From Ferruginibacter sp. (GTDB lineage: Bacteria; Bacteroidota; Bacteroidia; Chitinophagales; Chitinophagaceae): a DNA stretch of 64,000 nt. The translations under genes were made by a program, and so were the position numbers. Below, in pieces: positions 57,709 to 64,000 of this stretch (the stretch's first letter is position 1; every line of letters begins with the position of its first letter). The notes under the pieces are model-generated. The model had not been told where the DNA came from and searched no databases. It saw only the letters and a program-made list of their open reading frames with translations. Location: positions 13,033 through 77,032 of the forward strand of contig JBGARK010000006.1 in the NCBI GenBank assembly GCA_044230255.1, in the 5' to 3' direction.

Positions 57709-58485
57709 TTGTACCTAAGCCATTTTCAACACTTGTCTTTGCAAAAAAATATATACTTCCTTTCCGATTTTCACCTGGGCGCACCCGATGCCAAAAACAG
57801 CCTTGAAAGGGAAAAGCGCATTTGCCGCTTTTTAGACAGCATAAAAAATTCGGCTTCGGAAATATTTATTGTTGGCGATATGTTTGACTTTTGGTTTGAA
57901 TACAGCACCGTAGTGCCCAAAGGGTATGTGCGCCTTTTAGGAAAACTGGCCGAACTGACAGACAGTGGCATTGCCATTCATTTTTTTGTGGGCAACCATG
58001 ATATGTGGATGAAAAATTATTTTCAGCAGGAGCTGAATATACCCGTTTATTTTGAGCCCAAAGAATTTGACTTTAGCGGCAAAAAATTTTACATTGGCCA
58101 TGGCGATGGGCTTGGCCCCGGCGACAAAGGGTATAAGTTTATAAAGAAAATTTTCAGGAACCCGGTATGCAAATGGATGTTTGGGGTATTGCCACCCTAT
58201 ATGGGTATTGGGCTTGCCAATTATTTAAGCCGCAAAAGCCGCATTAAAACCGGCTCTGTAAATGAAACGTTTCTAGGTGAAGAAAACGAATGGCTGATTA
58301 TATACTCAAAGGAAATTTTACAAAAACAATATTTTGACTATTTTATTTTTGGCCACAGGCACTTACCCATTGACGTAGTGTTACCCCAAAACAGCCGGTA
58401 TATTAATTTGGGTGAATGGATAAAATATAACAGTTATGCCGTATTTAATGGTACAACTATTGAACTGCTCTACTTTAAACAATAA
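57709..58485 (+). CDS. lpxH: UDP-2,3-diacylglucosamine diphosphatase
   Basis: Metallophosphoesterase motifs 'FLSDFHLG', 'VGDMFDFW', 'GNHDMW' and 'GHGD'. No ATG or GTG lies between the upstream stop (57685) and the first motif, so the start is a TTG (57709, 57733 or 57739). Confidence 0.85.
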   Translation: MYLSHFQHLSLQKNIYFLSDFHLGAPDAKNSLEREKRICRFLDSIKNSASEIFIVGDMFDFWFEYSTVVPKGYVRLLGKLAELTDSGIAIHFFVGNHDMWMKNYFQQELNIPVYFEPKEFDFSGKKFYIGHGDGLGPGDKGYKFIKKIFRNPVCKWMFGVLPPYMGIGLANYLSRKSRIKTGSVNETFLGEENEWLIIYSKEILQKQYFDYFIFGHRHLPIDVVLPQNSRYINLGEWIKYNSYAVFNGTTIELLYFKQ

Positions 58486-58489
58486 AACC

Positions 58490-59350
58490 TTGAAATCTAA
58501 TTTTTTTCATGCGGTTTTTTTCCTGATGCTTCTTCAGCACTATTCCTGTGCCCAAAGTATAACCCCGGCAGGTCCTACAAATTCCGGCGCAGCCGATAGT
58601 GTTTTACCGGGTAACCTAAAACCCGTAAAATTTATTGCCGGCAACTACAGCATGCTGGAAGTGGACAACCTCAATTTTATTTACCTGCTAAACGAAAGCG
58701 GGCAACTCAAAAAATTAAACCCCAATGGGGATTCCCTTTCGGTTTTCAATGATGTAAAAAAATACGGCAACCCCGGTTTAGTGGATGTGAGCAACCCGCT
58801 AAAAGTATTGCTGTTTTATAAACCTTATGCCAGCATCGTTTTGCTGGATAAAATGCTAACCCTCAGAAACAGTTTAAACCTGAGAAAAATAAACATTTTT
58901 AGCGTAAATGCCATTGCCAATGCTTACGATAATTCAATATGGGTTTTTGATGAACAGGATTTTACTTTAAAAAAAATTTCGGAGCAGGGCCAGGTCATCC
59001 AGGAGTCTAATGATATGCGGCTGTTTCCGGGTATTGCGCCGCAAGTGAGCTCCATAACCGACCACAACAACTTTGTTTATCTTTACGATAAAGACAATGG
59101 ATTTTTCGTATTTGATTACTACGGTACTTTTAAAAACACTTTAGCTTTTAAAAACTGGGGCAATATCAGTTTTTCGGGAAATATCCTTTACGGAACAGAA
59201 AATAACCGGCTCCATATTTACCGCATTGACAACCAAAAGGAAACTGTTTTTGAAATGCCGCAACCCTGGAAAGATGGTATAAGCATTAAAGCCATGAACG
59301 GGAAACTATATGTGCTGAAAAAGGAAGGCCTGGAGATTTATAATTTATAA
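58490..59350 (+). CDS. secreted hypothetical protein
   Basis: A TTG at 58490, just after the lpxH stop, gives the signal-like 'KSNFFHAVFFLMLLQHYSCAQS'. The ORF-track start at 58436 would overlap lpxH. Confidence 0.55.
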   Translation: MKSNFFHAVFFLMLLQHYSCAQSITPAGPTNSGAADSVLPGNLKPVKFIAGNYSMLEVDNLNFIYLLNESGQLKKLNPNGDSLSVFNDVKKYGNPGLVDVSNPLKVLLFYKPYASIVLLDKMLTLRNSLNLRKINIFSVNAIANAYDNSIWVFDEQDFTLKKISEQGQVIQESNDMRLFPGIAPQVSSITDHNNFVYLYDKDNGFFVFDYYGTFKNTLAFKNWGNISFSGNILYGTENNRLHIYRIDNQKETVFEMPQPWKDGISIKAMNGKLYVLKKEGLEIYNL

Positions 59351-59352
59351 GC

Positions 59353-60480
59353 ATGGATTTTTTAAACCAATATTTTCTCGACAATACCATTAAAAGCTAC
59401 CTGCTGGTGCTGGGCATTATTGTACTGCTGTATTTATTCAAAAAATTTGTATCACAAAGTATTGCCAACATTTTGTACTACCCGGTAAAATTATTTTGGA
59501 AAGATATTAACCGTAAACAATTTGTATCGCTGCTTTTAAAACCCCTGGGTTGGTTTATACTGGTATGTGTGGCCCTATTTACCATAAGCCGCTTAAATTA
59601 TCCGCAATTTTTAGATTTTAAAATATATAAATTTTCCTTTGATAAAATACTGGAGAAAACCGCCGTGCTGATTTTTGTTTTCAGTTTTATCCGGCTGTGT
59701 TTATCTATTGTTGATTTCATCAGCCTCATTTTAACTAAAAAAGCCAGCCTTACCTTAAGCCGTTCCGATGATCAGATGGTGGTTTTTTTTCAAAATCTCT
59801 TAAAAGCATTTATTATTATCCTGGGCATTTTATTGGCGCTTAAAATTGGGTTTAACCAGGATATTAGTTACCTGCTCACCAGCCTGAGCATAGTGGGTGC
59901 AGCCGTTGCCTTATCGGCAAAAGAAAGCCTGGAAAACCTTATTGCTTCCTTTATTATTTTTTTAGACAAACCTTTTTATGTAGGCGATGTTGTAAAAGTG
60001 AATGCCATCACCGGCGTGGTGGAAACCATTGGTTTACGCAGCACACGCATCCGCACCACAGATAAAACCCTGGTTACGGTACCCAACAAGCAAATGGTGG
60101 ACAGCGTAGTGGACAACCTGAGCTTTCGCACCGGCAGAAGGGTAGAAATGAAGCTTGAGCTTTCGGAAAAAACCGTTGCAGAAACCGCCCAAAAACTTAC
60201 CGGAAAAATTCAAAATTTAATTACGTCACAATTTGCTAATGATATTACCAGCGCTACGGCTTTTATATCCGACTTTAACAAAAACGGTATTACGATTATT
60301 GTGGAATACTTTACGCCAAATATCAGCATCCCGGAATTTAATACCCTCAGGCAAAACATCAGCGCAGCCCTAATTCAACTGATCAATGATGAGCAAATTC
60401 AATTTGCAGTAAGCTCCAATAGTATTACCATAGTTCCGGGTGGCAACGACAACCTTCCATCAAACAAGCCCATCATTTAA
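59353..60480 (+). CDS. mechanosensitive ion channel (MscS family)
   Basis: Several TM helices followed by 'FYVGDVVKVNAITGVVETIGLRSTRIRTTDKTLVTVPN'. Confidence 0.85.
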   Translation: MDFLNQYFLDNTIKSYLLVLGIIVLLYLFKKFVSQSIANILYYPVKLFWKDINRKQFVSLLLKPLGWFILVCVALFTISRLNYPQFLDFKIYKFSFDKILEKTAVLIFVFSFIRLCLSIVDFISLILTKKASLTLSRSDDQMVVFFQNLLKAFIIILGILLALKIGFNQDISYLLTSLSIVGAAVALSAKESLENLIASFIIFLDKPFYVGDVVKVNAITGVVETIGLRSTRIRTTDKTLVTVPNKQMVDSVVDNLSFRTGRRVEMKLELSEKTVAETAQKLTGKIQNLITSQFANDITSATAFISDFNKNGITIIVEYFTPNISIPEFNTLRQNISAALIQLINDEQIQFAVSSNSITIVPGGNDNLPSNKPII

Positions 60481-62111
60481 ATTTTTAGAAGGTTTTTTTC
60501 TTCTTTCATAAATAACTGGAGCGCCTGGGCAATACTAATTACCAGTATGGCCCCAATGGCATTCAGCCATAAAAAAGATACCACATCGGCTTTAAAAATC
60601 AGGAGGATAATAATTTCTGAAATTATGGCGGCAATAAATACCGCTTTACCCCCAATCTTTTTGAGCCAAAACGCCACCAGGAAAATACCCAGGATAACGC
60701 CATAAAACAAAGAGCCGAGTATATTCACCGCTTCAATTAAGCTGTTGCCAATGGTATTGGCAAACATGGCAATACCGATGCAAAAAATACCCCAGGCCAG
60801 GGTGTACCATTTTGATATCTTATAGTCGTTTTCTTCACTGCTGTTTTTTGAAAATCGTTTATGAAAATCTACAATGGTGCATGCAGCAAGGGCATTTATG
60901 GCAGCCGCTACGCTTCCCCAGCCGGAAAGAAAGATGATAGCAAATAACAACCCTATTAAACCTACCGGCAAATTCTCTTTTACAAAACTCAGAAATATAT
61001 AATTGGTATCATTGGCTTCCCGGCCATTTAAAGCCTGTTGAATAACCGATTTATACTGGTTGCGCAATGCCGTTGCTTCATCTATACTCCCGGCTTCAAA
61101 TGCCTTGGTATATTGCGTTTCCAGCAATTTCAATTGCCCGGCATATACCGTGTTTTCTGCTTCGGTTTTCCGGGTTTCATCAAAATACACCGGCGCTTTG
61201 TGAAACAGGTAAAATGAAAATACCAGCACCCCAAGCGTTAAAATAATGTACTGCATAGGAATTTTAACCAACCCGTTTAACAGTAAACCCCGGCGGCTTT
61301 CTTTTACATTTTTTGCTGTTATGTATCTTCCTACCTGGCTATGGTCGGTGCCAAAATAACTCAGCGCTAAAAAAAATCCACCAATTAAGCCACTCCAAAT
61401 ATTGTATTTATCTTTCCAGTTAAACCCATTTTCAGAAAATCCCGTGGTAATAATATTCATTTTACCATAGCCGGCTGCCTTATCCAGCGCAGCTTTAAAA
61501 CCCATCCCTGCCGGCAACATTTGCACAATAATATACCCAATAATAAATAACGAAAGAAAAATGATGATCATTTGCAAGCCCTGGGTGTGGGCTACCGCTT
61601 TTGCCCCGCCACTCATGGTATATACCAGTACAAGGCCTCCCATTACAATGTTGGTTAAATAAATATTCCATCCCATCAAGGAGCTTAATACCAGCGATGG
61701 GGCATAAATACTTATGCCGGTGCTCAATCCCCGGCTGACTAAAAATAAAAAAGAAGTGAGCAGCCGGGTTCTGCCATCAAAGCGTTGTTCCAAAAACTCA
61801 TAAGCCGTATATACTTTTAACTTGTTAAACACCGGCACAAAAAATACACTAATCACTATCATGGCCAATGGCAGCCCATAATAATACTGCACAAACCGAA
61901 GTCCATCGGTATAGGCCTGCCCGGGGCCGGTAAGATAGGTTACGGCGCTGGCTTGCGTACCCATAATACCCAGCAACACCAGGTACCAGGGCGTATTATT
62001 ATTGTTGAGAAAATACCCCTGCAGGTTTTTTGTAGTATGGCTTTTATAAATCCCATAAGCCATGAGCGCCGTTAAAACAGTAATTAATATAATCCAGTCA
62101 ATTACACTCAT
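60477..62111 (-). CDS. sodium:solute symporter family transporter
   Basis: 544 aa with about 13 TM helices and an SSF-like N-terminus ('GYFLNNNNTPWYLVLLGIMGTQASAVTY'). Confidence 0.8.
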   Translation of the reverse strand: MSVIDWIILITVLTALMAYGIYKSHTTKNLQGYFLNNNNTPWYLVLLGIMGTQASAVTYLTGPGQAYTDGLRFVQYYYGLPLAMIVISVFFVPVFNKLKVYTAYEFLEQRFDGRTRLLTSFLFLVSRGLSTGISIYAPSLVLSSLMGWNIYLTNIVMGGLVLVYTMSGGAKAVAHTQGLQMIIIFLSLFIIGYIIVQMLPAGMGFKAALDKAAGYGKMNIITTGFSENGFNWKDKYNIWSGLIGGFFLALSYFGTDHSQVGRYITAKNVKESRRGLLLNGLVKIPMQYIILTLGVLVFSFYLFHKAPVYFDETRKTEAENTVYAGQLKLLETQYTKAFEAGSIDEATALRNQYKSVIQQALNGREANDTNYIFLSFVKENLPVGLIGLLFAIIFLSGWGSVAAAINALAACTIVDFHKRFSKNSSEENDYKISKWYTLAWGIFCIGIAMFANTIGNSLIEAVNILGSLFYGVILGIFLVAFWLKKIGGKAVFIAAIISEIIILLIFKADVVSFLWLNAIGAILVISIAQALQLFMKEEKNLLKI

Positions 62112-62172
62112 ATTTAAAAGCTAGGGCAAAACAATAAATACTTTTAAAGGCTTAAAATAAACGTACCGTTTT

Positions 62173-64000
62173 TTATTTTTCAGGCTTTGCCAAAAGATTC
62201 GCCATAAGGCGATAGGCGCCGGGCACACCTGCAGGTAATTGCCTGAAAAACGACAGGCCGCAATAAATCAGCCGTCCTTTTCCATAATCGGCCGCAATGA
62301 GGCTCCCGTCTCCGGGTTTTTCTCCGGGATCGTTCATACTTAAGATGCGTTGATAGCGTTCGTCAGTCTTTTCGGCCTGGTAGGTGCTGCGCTCCTGTAC
62401 CCACCCGTCAAAATCCAAAGTAGAAATTTTGTTGGGATAATTTAGTAAAGGATGATTCGATTCAAGAAAACGAACCGTGGCAATCTCATCGGTAACCCTT
62501 GTTCGACTAATTTCAAACGGGTAAGGAAATAAACGTTGCGTTACTTTACCTATATTATTATTGGTGTTGTACTGCACCAGCAAAACGCCTCCTGCTTTAA
62601 CATAATTCATCAACGGCTCGTAAACATTATCCATCCAGGCATTAACGTTGTATGCCCTTACACCGGTTACAATGGCATCAAACCTGCGCAGGTTTTCCAC
62701 GGTAAAATCATTTTCCTGCAAAAAAGTAACCGTGTAACCCATTTGTTCCAAAGCCTGTGGTACTTTATCTCCTGCGCCGGTAATATATCCAATCGCTTTA
62801 CCTGAAGTTTTAATATCCAGTTTAATAATTTTTACCTGGTCGTAATAATGATAAAAAATATCCGGAATATGATCGTAAGCTATTTTTCTCAATGAATACA
62901 TTTGATCTTCATAAAGAACAGGAGAAGACAACTTCATACCCAATGTTGTTGTAGAGTTGTTCTGGATTTTATCCGGGTGAATTACATAATTAAAGGTTTT
63001 TACAGTGCCTTTGGAAAAATGCATACTGGTATCCATAAAATTTTCCGGCTTGTTGTTAACAAAGGCAGACAAGGTCATTTTTCCGCTTAGATCCATATTG
63101 GGCTGTACCGTAAGGGTAAGTTTCTTTTGCGCATCCTGGTTATTACGAAGCAATATGAGCGATGGTGAACTGTTGATAAAAACGGGGTAAACAAATTGTG
63201 CCGGTTGATATAATTCTCCCTTAACCGGATCGGTATGCTTATACTGGATATTGCGGCTAAAGGTTAAGAGCGTGCCCTTTACCTGCACCTGGAAGAGGGC
63301 TTTGAAATTGTCATTCAGGATTTCCGGCAACCCCGTTTTTTGCTGATTTTTTATTTGAAATGCTTCTCCTTCCAGGGGATATTCTATCCAGTAAGGTTGT
63401 GAAACCGGTGTTTCCTTTAATATAAATGCAGCGCCTTTTTGAATATTATTAATGTTATTGGATAAATTAGTAAACCGGATGGTTTGCCCAAATACACTCA
63501 CCTGGGCGCTTTCTACCGGCAGGTTATTTCTATTGTTAAAGGTAACGGTAAAATGCAGGCTGTCGCCAACCACATTTAGCTGGTTGCTCACGGTAGCTTC
63601 CAAAAACAAGCCGCTTACCGCATCTATGAGTTCGTCAATTTCTTTAATTTTAAATTGCACAAGGTTATCGTAGCCTTTTACTTTAACGAGTAATTGTTTG
63701 AGTTGAATAAGGGCCGGGAGGGACAGGGAAGGCTGTTGTGGGTTGTATGCACTGATTATTTTTTTAATGGCATCCCCATATAGCTTATCCGGTATTCTTA
63801 AAGGGCCGGTCTCAATGTTTTCCATAATGTCAGTGGTGGGTTTATCGCCTTTTATGGGAAGAAAAAATTCAAAGGATTCCCCTCTTTGAAGTGTGGCGCC
63901 CATTCCCTGGCTCCTATGCTGGCTCCTGCTTTCGGCTGCCATTTCTCCATAGCTTTTACCAAGTAATGGGTTATACATTCCTACATCGGTTTTAAACTGG
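62173..64000 (-). CDS. large PIG-L/LmbE-family deacetylase-like protein (N-terminus outside window)
   Basis: The reading frame stays open beyond base 64000 (QFKTDVGMYNPL...). 'SQHRSQGMG' and a C-terminal region that may be ThuA/amidotransferase-like fit my recollection of this family. The function call is moderate. Confidence 0.55.
   Translation of the reverse strand, partial: QFKTDVGMYNPLLGKSYGEMAAESRSQHRSQGMGATLQRGESFEFFLPIKGDKPTTDIMENIETGPLRIPDKLYGDAIKKIISAYNPQQPSLSLPALIQLKQLLVKVKGYDNLVQFKIKEIDELIDAVSGLFLEATVSNQLNVVGDSLHFTVTFNNRNNLPVESAQVSVFGQTIRFTNLSNNINNIQKGAAFILKETPVSQPYWIEYPLEGEAFQIKNQQKTGLPEILNDNFKALFQVQVKGTLLTFSRNIQYKHTDPVKGELYQPAQFVYPVFINSSPSLILLRNNQDAQKKLTLTVQPNMDLSGKMTLSAFVNNKPENFMDTSMHFSKGTVKTFNYVIHPDKIQNNSTTTLGMKLSSPVLYEDQMYSLRKIAYDHIPDIFYHYYDQVKIIKLDIKTSGKAIGYITGAGDKVPQALEQMGYTVTFLQENDFTVENLRRFDAIVTGVRAYNVNAWMDNVYEPLMNYVKAGGVLLVQYNTNNNIGKVTQRLFPYPFEISRTRVTDEIATVRFLESNHPLLNYPNKISTLDFDGWVQERSTYQAEKTDERYQRILSMNDPGEKPGDGSLIAADYGKGRLIYCGLSFFRQLPAGVPGAYRLMANLLAKPEK

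Overview
This 64-kb chromosomal segment looks like a Bacteroidota genome, possibly Chitinophagales or Sphingobacteriia-like. That placement is an inference from a PorT homologue, a T9SS C-terminal sorting domain, TAnnTTTG -7 promoter boxes and moderate GC judged by eye. It holds about 60 tightly packed protein genes and one tRNA-Leu(UAG). Most genes are housekeeping: queA, comEC, purH, acpP-fabF-rnc, gpsA, ruvB, pyrC, ubiE-porT, engB, gmk, murA, eno, a RelA/SpoT enzyme, tig, kbl, carB, bcp, birA, rsfS, ftsH, lpxH, an MscS channel and a sodium:solute symporter. I saw no rRNA, CRISPR array, transposase, integrase or phage genes in any frame. Accessory content is limited to small insertions. (1) A three-gene split-HipA toxin-antitoxin module (HTH, HipA-N-subdomain protein, HipA kinase core; HipBST-type) sits at 45.47-47.03 kb, preceded by three copies of a 12-mer. 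(2) A hicB-hicA pair is separated by a 36-nt near-perfect palindrome. (3) A 1.6-kb AT-rich islet at 9.2-10.8 kb carries small secreted ORFs, possibly decayed, and a beta-barrel protein. (4) One gene fuses a glucosyl-3-phosphoglycerate-synthase-like (GT81-like) glycosyltransferase to a HAD phosphatase. (5) A 61-aa Lys/Cys-rich secreted peptide has its own terminator. (6) There is an ECF sigma / anti-sigma / beta-barrel triad, and there are two large secreted proteins: an eight-repeat propeller-like protein and an M43 protease with a T9SS sorting domain. I found no convincing evidence for a large, wholly novel multi-gene system. All functional calls rest on motifs I recognised in the translations, not on database searches.
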